A DNA stretch of 49,138 nt, from the NCBI GenBank assembly GCA_017859655.1, contig JAFMMO010000001.1, positions 1 to 49,138 on the forward strand, in the 5' to 3' direction. This stretch comes from Pseudomonadota bacterium (GTDB taxonomy: Bacteria; Planctomycetota; UBA8108; UBA1146). The position numbers were made by a program, and so were the translations under genes. Positions 1 to 8,042 of this stretch are shown here, piece by piece (the first letter of the stretch is position 1; every line of letters begins with the position of its first letter). Below the pieces are notes generated by a model, which worked only from the letters and a program-made list of their open reading frames with translations, was not told where the DNA came from and ran no database searches.

Positions 1-96
1 CGCCCCCCCCTCCGACCGCCCTCCCCCGCCTCCGACGGGGGCGAGAGCCCCTTCTCCAGCGACGATCGCTCCCCCAGCCGCCGCGACCCCGTCGAA

Positions 97-124
97 TTGA
101 CAGGTAACGGGGCTGCGATACAAT
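97..124 (+). promoter_or_regulatory. sigma70-like promoter candidate (TTGACA - 16 nt - TACAAT)
   Basis: TTGACA at 97-102 and TACAAT at 119-124, a near-consensus pair that is conspicuous in this GC-rich background. The nearest downstream + gene starts at 542, which implies a ~410 nt leader or an unrecognised RNA. Confidence 0.3.
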
Positions 125-541
125 TTGGGCTGTCGAAGACGTCTATCCGTGGGATCGACGCGTTCTCCTCCCTAAAGGCGAACGAAGCCCGATCCACACC
201 CCCGTCGGCTCGTGCTCCCTTGCGTGCCCGCCCGCCTTCGGGCGACGTTCTCTCGATCGGCCCCCGCTCCTTCCGGGTCTGAAGGAGCCAGGGCGTGACT
301 CTCCCGGCGTCGACAGAGAGACGGTCCCCCCGCGAGGCGAGATCCCTCGGGGTGCCACGGCATCGTCCATCCGCCCCTCCGGCGGAGGGCGATGGGTCGG
401 AGCCTGTCCGGAGAGAGTGAAGTGACCTGAGAAGAGTTCCCGACCCGGGCCGCTGCTTCGCTCGCAGGCCGAGTCCGGTGCGGTGTTCGATTCCGAGGCT
501 GGTCCCACCCGTCCTCGGATCAACGGATAAGGAAGAGCGCG

Positions 542-2686
542 ATGCTGCGTCCGTCCCCCCTGACTCTCCCCTCGTGCCGACCGCTGGCCGCGATGCTCAT
601 CGTCATCGCGCTCGTCGTCGGCTCCTCCGCGATCGTCCGGGCCGACAGCTGCGCGGGACCGAACGAGGAGACCGGCTCATGCTCGCTCTCCCTGCGTGAC
701 TACCCGGGAGAGTACCCCTACGCGATGACCGTGGCCGGGACGACCCTCTATGTCGCCGACCTGCTCACCGGGCTCTACTACACCTTCGACGCGACCGACA
801 TCACGGCGCCGGGGGCCCTGGTGCCGCAGGCGGGCCCCATCGGTCCCGCCACCTACACGGGTCTCGCCCACAACACCTCGGACGGCCAGCTCTACTGGCT
901 CGTGGAGGGGAACCTCGGCGCCACGCTGGTGAAGAGCAACCTCGACGGGATGGTCGACACCCTGACCGCCCTCACCCCTCCCACCGCCGGCGGCTTCCTC
1001 TCCGGTCTCGCCTACGCGCCCGACACGAACAGCTTCTGGACCTTCGACATCCTCAACGACCAGCTGCTCAGCTTCTCGGCGGACGGGACCTTCGATCCGG
1101 CCGCGACCCTCGCGAGCCCGGGGACCTCCGCCTTCGGCGGTGCCTCCTACGGGCTCGGCCTGACCATGGTCCCGGCCGACAACCTCATCCCGACGGAGGA
1201 CTTCGACCTCCATGTCGCGGTCGGCTTCCCGAGCGACCTCCGCGCCCAGCGCGTCGAGCGGCTCGATCCGGACTCCCCGGCGAGCCCCGCGTTCGGAATC
1301 TCCTACGACCTCGACTCCTCGAACGACCTCACCGGCTGGATCACCGGCCTCGCCTACAACCCGGCGAACAACTCGCAATTCGTCGCGGACGCGGACCTGA
1401 TGCGCATCGTGGAGGTCCCGTCCCCCACCCTCGCCGTCGGCTCGGTCACCGACCTCGTCTGCCTCGCGCAGCCGAACGATGACGTCGTCCTCACCTGGAG
1501 CCTCCCCTCCCTCTCCACCTACACGAGCGTGGCGATCACCCGGGATGGCGAGCCGCTGACGAACACCACGCCGAGCACCCTCACCTTCACCGATCCCGAT
1601 GTCGCGGCGGGGGCACACCGCTACGGGATCCGCGTCTTCACCTCCGGGGGCGCCGAGCTGCCCGAGCGGACCTGCGATGTGATCGTCGGGTTCGGACGGC
1701 TCCTGAACGCCCGGACCCACGACGGCAGCGGCGCCTTCGCCGCGACGGTGATCGAGAGCACCGGGCAGGTCCTCGTCGCCGACCTCGCGGGCGGCGCAGC
1801 CCACCTCTACCCGAAGACCCTGAGCGGCGCGGGCGTGGCGCTGAGCAGCCCCTTCGCCGGACAGACCTCGGGAGTCGCCTGGAACGCCACCGACGACACC
1901 CTCCTCTGGCATGACGGAGCGGGGCAGCTTCAGAAGACCGACCTCCTCGGAAACGCCATCGGCACCGCGACGACCCTGTTCCCCCTGCCGGCCGAGCCGA
2001 CCGGGGACATCTCCTACTCCGCAGGGACCGGCTCCTACTACGGGATCAGCATCTCCGGCACCGAGTACTTCGAGTTCCTCGAGACCGGCGAGATCATCGC
2101 AACCTGCGCCTTCCCCGCCGTCGACGGTGAGGCGGGGGGCTTCGGCCAGGGGATCGCGGTGGCCACCAACACCACCCCGGTGATCCTGGACGCCCCGATC
2201 GGCCGGGCCTCCGGCGGAAAGACGGACCGGGTCTCCCGCCTGATCGACTGCGTCGACTCCGGGCTCTTCTACGAGACCGTCCCGACCACGCTGAGCGGCG
2301 CGATCGCCGGGATCGCCTGGACCCCGGCGGGCTCGAACGGCTTCGCCTCCGAGTACCTGATCGGATACGACACGAACACGATCTACGAGGTCTCCCTCGA
2401 CCTCTCATCGGTGGGCGATGACTTCCAGCGGGGAGACACCGATGGCGATGGCAGCCGCAACCTCGGAGACGCGGTCTGGCTGCTCCTCTATCTCTTCAAT
2501 GGCGGAGAGCTCTCCTGCCTCGACGCGGGGGATGCCAACGACGACGGCACCGTGAACACCGCGGATGTGATCACGATCCTGAACTTCCTCTTCCAGGGCG
2601 GGATCCCGATCGCGGAGCCCCTGGAGTGCGGATCGGATCCCTCCATCGACGCGCAGGTCTGCGACACCTACGAGTTCTGCGGCTAG
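542..2686 (+). CDS. secreted beta-propeller-repeat protein with Fn3-like module and C-terminal dockerin-like module
   Basis: ATG preceded by AAGGAAG. Signal peptide MLRPSPLTLPSCRPLAAMLIVIALVVGSSAIVRA/DS. Recurrent blade-like strands (TLYVADLLTGLYYTFD, DGQLYWLVEG, NSFWTFDILNDQLLSF, QVLVADLAGG, TLLWHDGAGQLQKTD). A Cys-flanked Fn3-like segment (DLVCLAQPNDDVVLTWS...HRYGIRVF...TCDVIV) is also present in both S8 proteases. C-terminus is GDTDGDGSRNLGDAVWLLLYLFNGG...C...GDANDDGTVNTADVITILNFLFQGG. Stop TAG. Confidence 0.85.
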   Translation: MLRPSPLTLPSCRPLAAMLIVIALVVGSSAIVRADSCAGPNEETGSCSLSLRDYPGEYPYAMTVAGTTLYVADLLTGLYYTFDATDITAPGALVPQAGPIGPATYTGLAHNTSDGQLYWLVEGNLGATLVKSNLDGMVDTLTALTPPTAGGFLSGLAYAPDTNSFWTFDILNDQLLSFSADGTFDPAATLASPGTSAFGGASYGLGLTMVPADNLIPTEDFDLHVAVGFPSDLRAQRVERLDPDSPASPAFGISYDLDSSNDLTGWITGLAYNPANNSQFVADADLMRIVEVPSPTLAVGSVTDLVCLAQPNDDVVLTWSLPSLSTYTSVAITRDGEPLTNTTPSTLTFTDPDVAAGAHRYGIRVFTSGGAELPERTCDVIVGFGRLLNARTHDGSGAFAATVIESTGQVLVADLAGGAAHLYPKTLSGAGVALSSPFAGQTSGVAWNATDDTLLWHDGAGQLQKTDLLGNAIGTATTLFPLPAEPTGDISYSAGTGSYYGISISGTEYFEFLETGEIIATCAFPAVDGEAGGFGQGIAVATNTTPVILDAPIGRASGGKTDRVSRLIDCVDSGLFYETVPTTLSGAIAGIAWTPAGSNGFASEYLIGYDTNTIYEVSLDLSSVGDDFQRGDTDGDGSRNLGDAVWLLLYLFNGGELSCLDAGDANDDGTVNTADVITILNFLFQGGIPIAEPLECGSDPSIDAQVCDTYEFCG
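2417..2683 (+). other. dockerin-like double Ca-binding-loop module (domain within CDS 542..2686)
   Basis: Two D-x-[DN]-x-D-G-x(5)-D-x(3)-L-x(2)-LF-x-GG repeats separated by a conserved Cys, then a Cys-containing tail. The same layout occurs at 18348-18596 and 32170-32427. Confidence 0.65.
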
Positions 2687-2709
2687 CGCGGAGCCCGACC
2701 GAGACCAGT

Positions 2710-2748
2710 GAAGGAGGCCCGGCGCGCGTGGCGCGCCGGGCCTCCTTC
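2710..2748. terminator. perfect 17-bp palindromic hairpin at a convergent junction (bidirectional terminator candidate)
   Basis: GAAGGAGGCCCGGCGCG cgtgg CGCGCCGGGCCTCCTTC. All 17 pairs are Watson-Crick. It lies between the stop at 2686 (+) and the stop at 2781 (-). No U-tract. Confidence 0.6.
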
Positions 2749-2780
2749 GCATCTCCCGCCTGCTCCCGCGGAGTCCGGGG

Positions 2781-3818
2781 TCAGCCGCTTGCGGTCTCCT
2801 CCTCCGGGAGGAGCGCCCGTACGAGGGCGGGGAGGGAGGTGTCGAGGCGGTAGTCCAGCGAGGAGTGATCGTCGTCGAACTCCTCGTAGCGGTGGGAGAC
2901 GCCGAGCGCCGCGAGTCTGCGGTGCAGGATCCGCGCGCCGTGGTGGAGCCGGTACTGATCCCGTCGACCGCAGTCGACGAAGAGGAACCGGAGGGAGCGC
3001 AGCGCCTCGTGGTGCCGCTCGACCATCTCGACGGGATCGTGCGCCAGCCAGCGTGCCCAGCGCTCCGGATCGAGCTCCCCCGTCTCGAGGTCGATGGGGA
3101 GATGGAATCCCAACGGCGCATCCGGATCGGGGTCGTAGGTGGCGGCCATGGCGATCGTCATCAACGCGTGGATCTCGCGCCCCGCGTGCTTCTGCTTCCG
3201 CTCGATCTCGGCGAGGAACTTCTCCACCGATCCCTCATGACGGGCGAGGACATCGACGAGGAGGGGGAAGTCGGGGAGATACCCGTAGAGGAAGTACATG
3301 TCCCCGGAGTGGCAGGCGACCCCGCCCCAGGTCTCCGGGTGGAGCATCCCGTGCACGAGCGCGCCGTAGCCCCCCGAGGACTTTCCGTAGACACCGCGGT
3401 GCTCGCGCCCCGGCAGGGTCCGATATCGACCGTCGATCCAGGGCACGAGCTCCTCCGTGAGATAGGTGGCCCACGGACCGACCGCGCTGGAGTCGATGTA
3501 CTGATTCCCCCCGAGGCGGGTGAAGCAGTCGGGGAGGACGACGATCGCGGGGGCCATGACGCCGGTCCCGATGAGGCGGTCGAGCCGCTCCGGCACATTC
3601 TCACTGAACCCGCTCCAGGAGATCCGCTTCAGACCGCTGCCGGTGAAGCCCGCGAGGTCGTAGAGGACGGGATAGCGCCCCTCCCCCCCGTCGTATCCCG
3701 CCGGCAGATAGACCGCGATCTCACGCGCGGTCGGATCTCCGAGGGGGTTCCCCGCGAGACAGATCGATTCGTGACGGACGAGCTCGACGCGTCCGCATTC
3801 TCCCGTGTGGCGACGCAT
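2781..3818 (-). CDS. alpha/beta-hydrolase 'putative esterase' family protein (enterochelin-esterase / esterase D-like)
   Basis: Nucleophile elbow GKSSGGYGA, plus YPVLYDLAGFTGSG and LPDCFTRLGGNQYIDS motifs. I chose the ATG at 3818 (MRRHTGE...) because GAGGAGG lies just upstream. The ORF track extends to 3986. Confidence 0.8.
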   Translation of the reverse strand: MRRHTGECGRVELVRHESICLAGNPLGDPTAREIAVYLPAGYDGGEGRYPVLYDLAGFTGSGLKRISWSGFSENVPERLDRLIGTGVMAPAIVVLPDCFTRLGGNQYIDSSAVGPWATYLTEELVPWIDGRYRTLPGREHRGVYGKSSGGYGALVHGMLHPETWGGVACHSGDMYFLYGYLPDFPLLVDVLARHEGSVEKFLAEIERKQKHAGREIHALMTIAMAATYDPDPDAPLGFHLPIDLETGELDPERWARWLAHDPVEMVERHHEALRSLRFLFVDCGRRDQYRLHHGARILHRRLAALGVSHRYEEFDDDHSSLDYRLDTSLPALVRALLPEEETASG

Positions 3819-4008
3819 GAGGGCCTCCTCCCGCTCCGCCGCCGTTCTACCGAATCGGCCCGAGGAGGGCATCCCCGGGGCGGCCGGAATCCCCCCAACC
3901 GACCGGAAAGGGTACTCCATGGCCGGATCACGGCTAGAATCCGAGACTCGCTCCCTGAAGCCCGGGGACGCCCAAAGCGACCCCACGAGACGGAAGAACG
4001 AGGCTCCG

Positions 4009-5730
4009 ATGACGACTCCGGTCCGAAACTACCTGGCCGCGGACTTCGCCCCGACCGAGCTCCCCGCCATCGAGGCCGTGCTCGCGGAGCTCAACTCTCG
4101 TGAGCTCCCGGATGCCGACGCCCTCGAGGGCTGGTGTCGGGACTACAGCGAGGTCTGCGCCTGCATGGCCGAGGAGGCGGCGCGCCGCTTCGTGGACCAC
4201 ACCTGCCACACCGAGGACGAGGCGATCACCGCCCGCTACATGGAGTGGGTCGAGGAGATCGCGCCCGTGCTGAAGGAGCGCTGCTTCCAGCTCGACCAGA
4301 GGCTCTCCGAGAGCCCCCATCTCGATCAGCTCGATGCCGGGGAGTTCTCGATGTGGATCCGATCCGTGCGGAACTCGAACGAGCTCTTCCGCACCGAGAA
4401 CATCCCCCTCGAGACCGAGGACACGAAGCTCGAGTCGAACTACGACAAGATGATCGGCGCGATGACGGTCGAGTTCGACGGGGAGACGCGGACCCTGCCC
4501 TTCATGGGGCGCGTCCTCGAAGAGACCGACCGGGACCGCCGCGAGCAGGCCTTCCGGGCGATCTGGGACCGCGTCCTCGAGGACGGCGACAGGATCGACG
4601 AGATCTTCGACCGTCAGCTGGAGCTCCGTCAGCAGATGGCGGTGAACGCGGGCTTCGATGAGTACCGAGCGCTCCGCTTCCGCAAGCTGGAGCGCTTCGA
4701 CTACACCCCCGAGGACTGCCTCGAGTTTCACGCCTCGATCGAGGCGGTGGCGGTCCCCCTCGTGCGCAAGCGCCTCGAGCGGCGTCGGGAGCAGCTCGGG
4801 CTCGAGAAGCTCCGCCCGTGGGACACCGCGGTCGACCCCCACGGGCGCGCCCCCCTCCGCCCCTTCGAGGGAGGAGACGCCCTGATCCACGGGTGCCGGC
4901 GGATGTTCCAGCAGGTCGACCCCGCGCTCGGTGAGCACTTCCAGATCCTCATGGACCACGACCTGCTCGACCTCGAGTCGAGGCCGGGGAAGGCGCCGGG
5001 GGGATATCAGTACTCCTTCCAGGAGACCCGCCGCCCGTTCATCTTCATGAACGCGGCCGGGCTCCAGCGGGACGTGGAGACCCTCCTTCACGAGGGGGGT
5101 CACGCGTTCCACTCGATCGAGTCGAACCACCACTCCCTGCTCTTCAACCGCGGGTATCCGATCGAGTTCGCCGAGGTGGCGAGCATGTCGATGGAGCTGC
5201 TCGCGGCGCCCCACCTCGGCGAGTTCTACGGCTCGGAGGAGGAGGTGCGTCGGGCCCGGATCGACCACCTCGAGGGGATCCTGAGCATCTTCCCGTGGGT
5301 CGCGATGATCGACGGGTTCCAGCACTGGCTCTACACCCACCCGGGGCACTCCCGTGACGAGCGCCGCGCGGCCTGGCTGGGGCTCATGGACCGGTTCTCG
5401 ACCGACATCGTCGATTGGACCGGCCTGGAGGAGGTCCGGGCGAGCCGCTGGAAGCGCCAGTCCCACCTCTTCGGTGTGCCCTTCTACTACGTCGAGTACG
5501 CGATCGCGCAGATCGGCTCGCTGCAGGTCTGGAAGAACTACCAGGAGGACCCCGCCGCTGCGGTGTCGCAGTACCGCCACGGGCTCTCCCTGGGGAACAC
5601 CCGCCCTCTCCCCGAGCTCTTCAGCGGCGCGGGGATCCGCTTCGACTTCTCGGAGGGGAACCTGCGGGAGCTGCTCACCCTTGTCGATGCCGAGATCGAG
5701 TCCCTCGAGAACCCGACTTCCGTCGCCTGA
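4009..5730 (+). CDS. pepF: M3-family oligoendopeptidase F
   Basis: Zinc motif LLHEGGHAFHS (HExxH) with the downstream EVASMSMELL glutamate region. Length and layout are typical of PepF/M3B. Start taken at the ATG at 4009 (MTTPVRNYL...). The upstream part of the ORF (3805-4008) is low-complexity. Confidence 0.85.
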   Translation: MTTPVRNYLAADFAPTELPAIEAVLAELNSRELPDADALEGWCRDYSEVCACMAEEAARRFVDHTCHTEDEAITARYMEWVEEIAPVLKERCFQLDQRLSESPHLDQLDAGEFSMWIRSVRNSNELFRTENIPLETEDTKLESNYDKMIGAMTVEFDGETRTLPFMGRVLEETDRDRREQAFRAIWDRVLEDGDRIDEIFDRQLELRQQMAVNAGFDEYRALRFRKLERFDYTPEDCLEFHASIEAVAVPLVRKRLERRREQLGLEKLRPWDTAVDPHGRAPLRPFEGGDALIHGCRRMFQQVDPALGEHFQILMDHDLLDLESRPGKAPGGYQYSFQETRRPFIFMNAAGLQRDVETLLHEGGHAFHSIESNHHSLLFNRGYPIEFAEVASMSMELLAAPHLGEFYGSEEEVRRARIDHLEGILSIFPWVAMIDGFQHWLYTHPGHSRDERRAAWLGLMDRFSTDIVDWTGLEEVRASRWKRQSHLFGVPFYYVEYAIAQIGSLQVWKNYQEDPAAAVSQYRHGLSLGNTRPLPELFSGAGIRFDFSEGNLRELLTLVDAEIESLENPTSVA

Positions 5731-5815
5731 GACGAACGCCGAACCCGCGGGCCAGCCGGACCCCTGCCCGCGACTCCCCGGGGCATCCCCGGAGAAACCG
5801 GAAAGGAACGACCCG

Positions 5816-6601
5816 ATGAAGATCCTCGCCTCCAAGGTGCGCCTCTGGAGCCTCGCCCTCCCCTTCCTCCTCTCCGCCGCTGCGTGCGACGCCCAGACGA
5901 CCCGCCCGAAGGAGCCGACTCCGCCGCCGGCGGAGAAGCCGGCGGACGATGGCGCGGCGAAGGAGGCGCCGAAGGCGGCCGCGAAGATCGACCCCGCGAT
6001 CCAGGCGGTGCGGGCCGCGATCGCCGGGCACAAGACCGGGGAGACTCCCAAGATCGACACCGCCAAGGCGAACTGGAAGCAGAGCCTGCCGAAGTTCCCC
6101 ACGGTCGCGTTCACCCCCGGCAAGACCTACACCTGGGTCCTCGAGACCTCCGAGGGGACGATCCGCATCAAGCTCCTCCCGGAAGTCGCGCCGAACCATG
6201 TCGCGAACTTCGTCTACCTCTCCGAGCTCGGGTTCTTCGACGGGCTGAAGTTCCACCGGGTGATCAACGGCTTCATGGCCCAGGGGGGCTGCCCCCGCGG
6301 GGACGGCCGGGGGAACCCCGGCTACCGCTTCGCCGGCGAGTACCCGCGTGAGAACGGTCAGCTCAAGGTGAAGCACAGCAAGCCGGGGCTCCTCTCGATG
6401 GCGAACGCCGGTCCCGGGACCGACGGCAGCCAGTTCTTCATCACCTTCGTCCCCACTCCCCACCTCGACGGCAAGCACACGATCTTCGGGGAGGTGGTCG
6501 GCGGCATGGATGTCGTGAAGACGCTGGAGAAGTCGGGGCAGCGCTCCGGCCGACCCCTCAAGGACCTCGGCATCAAGAAGGCCACGATCACGGTCGAGTG
6601 A
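5816..6601 (+). CDS. exported (lipoprotein-type) cyclophilin peptidyl-prolyl cis-trans isomerase
   Basis: MKILASKVRLWSLALPFLLSAAAC has a lipobox-like LSAAAC. Cyclophilin core motifs: FHRVINGFMAQGGCP, GLLSMANAGPGTDGSQFFITF, HTIFGEVV. Start is at the in-frame ATG at 5816; the ORF upstream of it overlaps pepF. Confidence 0.85.
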   Translation: MKILASKVRLWSLALPFLLSAAACDAQTTRPKEPTPPPAEKPADDGAAKEAPKAAAKIDPAIQAVRAAIAGHKTGETPKIDTAKANWKQSLPKFPTVAFTPGKTYTWVLETSEGTIRIKLLPEVAPNHVANFVYLSELGFFDGLKFHRVINGFMAQGGCPRGDGRGNPGYRFAGEYPRENGQLKVKHSKPGLLSMANAGPGTDGSQFFITFVPTPHLDGKHTIFGEVVGGMDVVKTLEKSGQRSGRPLKDLGIKKATITVE

Positions 6602-6650
6602 GGGAGCCCGAGCCCCTCCCGATCCGAACCACTCTCCTGACAGGAGCCCC

Positions 6651-7250
6651 ATGACCACCAGCCATCCGACGATCGACAGCGTCCGGCAGTACATCGAGGA
6701 GCAGAAGTCGAACGGGAGCATCGACACCTCGAGCGACAGCTGGAAGACGCGCCTCCCGCAGTTCCCCACGGTCGACTTCTCCGGTGGGACCTTTCACTGG
6801 GTGATCGAGACCGGCTTCGGCGAGATCCGCGTGAAGCTGATGCCGGAGACCGCGCCGAACCACGTCGCGAACTTCCTCTACCTGACCGAGCTCGGCTTCT
6901 TCGACGACCTCGACTTCCACCGCGTGATCCCGGGGTTCATGGCCCAGGGCGGGTGCCCGCTCGGCACCGGAACCGGGGACCCCGGCTATCGCTTCGCGGG
7001 GGAGTTCGACGGCGGCGTGAAGCATGACCGCGCGGGGCTGCTCTCGATGGCGAACGCCGGTCCGAACACCGACGGCAGCCAGTTCTTCCTGACCTTCACC
7101 CACACGCCCTGGCTCGATGGGAACCACACCATCTTCGGCGAGGTGGTCAGGGGCATGGAGGCGCTCCGTGAGCACGAGAGCCGGGGCACGCGTGATGGCG
7201 CTCCGGTCGAGCCCCTGCCGATGATCCGGGCCCGGATCGAGGTCGAGTAG
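6651..7250 (+). CDS. cyclophilin-type peptidyl-prolyl cis-trans isomerase (no signal peptide)
   Basis: FHRVIPGFMAQGGCP, GLLSMANAGPNTDGSQFFLTF, HTIFGEVV. Tandem paralog of the preceding gene. Confidence 0.9.
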   Translation: MTTSHPTIDSVRQYIEEQKSNGSIDTSSDSWKTRLPQFPTVDFSGGTFHWVIETGFGEIRVKLMPETAPNHVANFLYLTELGFFDDLDFHRVIPGFMAQGGCPLGTGTGDPGYRFAGEFDGGVKHDRAGLLSMANAGPNTDGSQFFLTFTHTPWLDGNHTIFGEVVRGMEALREHESRGTRDGAPVEPLPMIRARIEVE

Positions 7251-7273
7251 CCTCTCGCCTCTCCCGGAAACGC

Positions 7274-7312
7274 AAGGAGGATCGGACCTCGACTCGAGGT
7301 CCGATCCTCCTT
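7274..7312. terminator. perfect palindromic hairpin at a convergent junction (bidirectional terminator candidate)
   Basis: AAGGAGGATCGGACCTCGA c TCGAGGTCCGATCCTCCTT. 17-19 bp with no mismatch, between the stop at 7250 (+) and the stop at 7388 (-). Confidence 0.6.
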
Positions 7313-7320
7313 GTCCATCC

Positions 7321-7362
7321 CCCTCGCACGATCCCCCTCGCACGATCCGCCGCGCACGATCC
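7321..7362. repeat. 14-bp direct tandem repeat, 3 copies
   Basis: CCCTCGCACGATCC / CCCTCGCACGATCC / GCCGCGCACGATCC, immediately after the hairpin and intergenic. Confidence 0.7.
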
Positions 7363-7387
7363 GCCGAGCCCGACGCCGGGGAATCCC

Positions 7388-7957
7388 TCAGTTCATCCGC
7401 GGATCGATCGGCATCTCCGCGAACCAGGCGGCGCTCCCGCCCAGCCGACGCAGCGCGTCCCGCCACATCCGGCGGGAGTCGGACTCGAAGGCGAGCTCCG
7501 CGCTCGCTCCACCCCGGGCCACGACCCACGCTCCCTGCTCGATCTCCCGCGCGAGCTGCTCCTCGCCCCAGCCGGAGTAGCCGAGGAAGAAGCGGTAGTC
7601 GGACGGATCACCGTCGCCCGCCTCGAGGCGCCGCAGGGAGCCCTCGAGATCGACGAGGAGGTGCAGGTCACGCCCGACCTCCTCGACCGCCTCCTCCGGA
7701 GCCGCCCCGCGACGCAGGCCGAGGAGGCGCCCGTTCTCCACCGGCCCACCCTGGAGGACGCGCTCCTCCCCCGCCGGCCCGCCCGAGAGCGCGGGGAGGA
7801 CGGATCCGAGAGGCACCTCCATCGGGCGGTTCAGGATCAGCCCGAGGCTCCCCTCCGGGCCATGATCGCAGAGGACGATGACGGCGCGGCGGAAGTTCGG
7901 GTCCCCGAGGCCGGGGCTGGCGATGAGAAGGTCGCCCGGAGCGAGCGGGACGGTCAT
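7388..7957 (-). CDS. algH: YqgE/AlgH family protein (UPF0301)
   Basis: MTVPLAPGDLLIASPGLGDPNFRRAVIVLCDHGPEGSLGLILNRP...FLGYSGWGEEQLAREIEQGAW is the characteristic family signature. Start taken at the ATG at 7957. The rest of the 372-aa ORF is Arg/Ser/Pro junk. Confidence 0.85.
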   Translation of the reverse strand: MTVPLAPGDLLIASPGLGDPNFRRAVIVLCDHGPEGSLGLILNRPMEVPLGSVLPALSGGPAGEERVLQGGPVENGRLLGLRRGAAPEEAVEEVGRDLHLLVDLEGSLRRLEAGDGDPSDYRFFLGYSGWGEEQLAREIEQGAWVVARGGASAELAFESDSRRMWRDALRRLGGSAAWFAEMPIDPRMN

Positions 7958-8042
7958 GGACTCTCCTGTCGACGGACGAGGACTGTAAGGGTTCACCGCT
8001 CGGAGAGGGAGAGGTTCGCTCCCCGACCCCGGTCGGACCCTC

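Noticed and set aside
1-282. Frame-1 reading frame open from the window edge to the stop at 280-282, possibly the 3' end of an upstream gene
   Set aside because: The translation (RPPLRPPSPASDGGESPFSSDDRSPSRRDPV...STPPSARAPLRARPPSG...) is Pro/Arg/Ser low-complexity with no motif. It cannot be distinguished from GC-driven open frame.
428-436. CTGAGA box reminiscent of a TPP riboswitch in the leader of the first gene
   Set aside because: The other conserved TPP elements (ACCTGATCTGGATAATGCCAGCG-type pyrimidine-sensor helix) are absent.
109-510. Possible tmRNA/tRNA-like gene: GGGGCTG at 109-115 (canonical tmRNA 5' end), and GTTCGATTCC followed by ...TGGTCCCACC near 480-510
   Set aside because: The sequences flanking the TTCGATT loop (CGGTG / CCGAG) do not form a T-stem. 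With the best acceptor pairing, position 3:70 is G:C rather than the G:U required for alanylation. No tag-like ORF ending in hydrophobic-Ala-Ala-stop is present. The 5' end would also overlap the promoter-like TTGACA/TACAAT.
3805-4008. N-terminal extensions offered by the ORF track for pepF. The same applies to 5354-5815, 20180-20446, 23323-23595, 29521-29568, 32312-32560, 38908-38955, 40534-40704 and 43811-43999.
   Set aside because: The extensions are low-complexity, overlap neighbouring genes or lack an SD. Internal starts have SD sequences and coincide with the beginning of recognisable signal peptides or domains.
7321-7362. Short tandem repeats here and at 14565-14624, considered as a CRISPR array
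   Set aside because: The repeats are directly adjacent with no spacers, only 14-15 bp long and present in 3-4 copies. One set is in-frame coding sequence. No cas genes are present.
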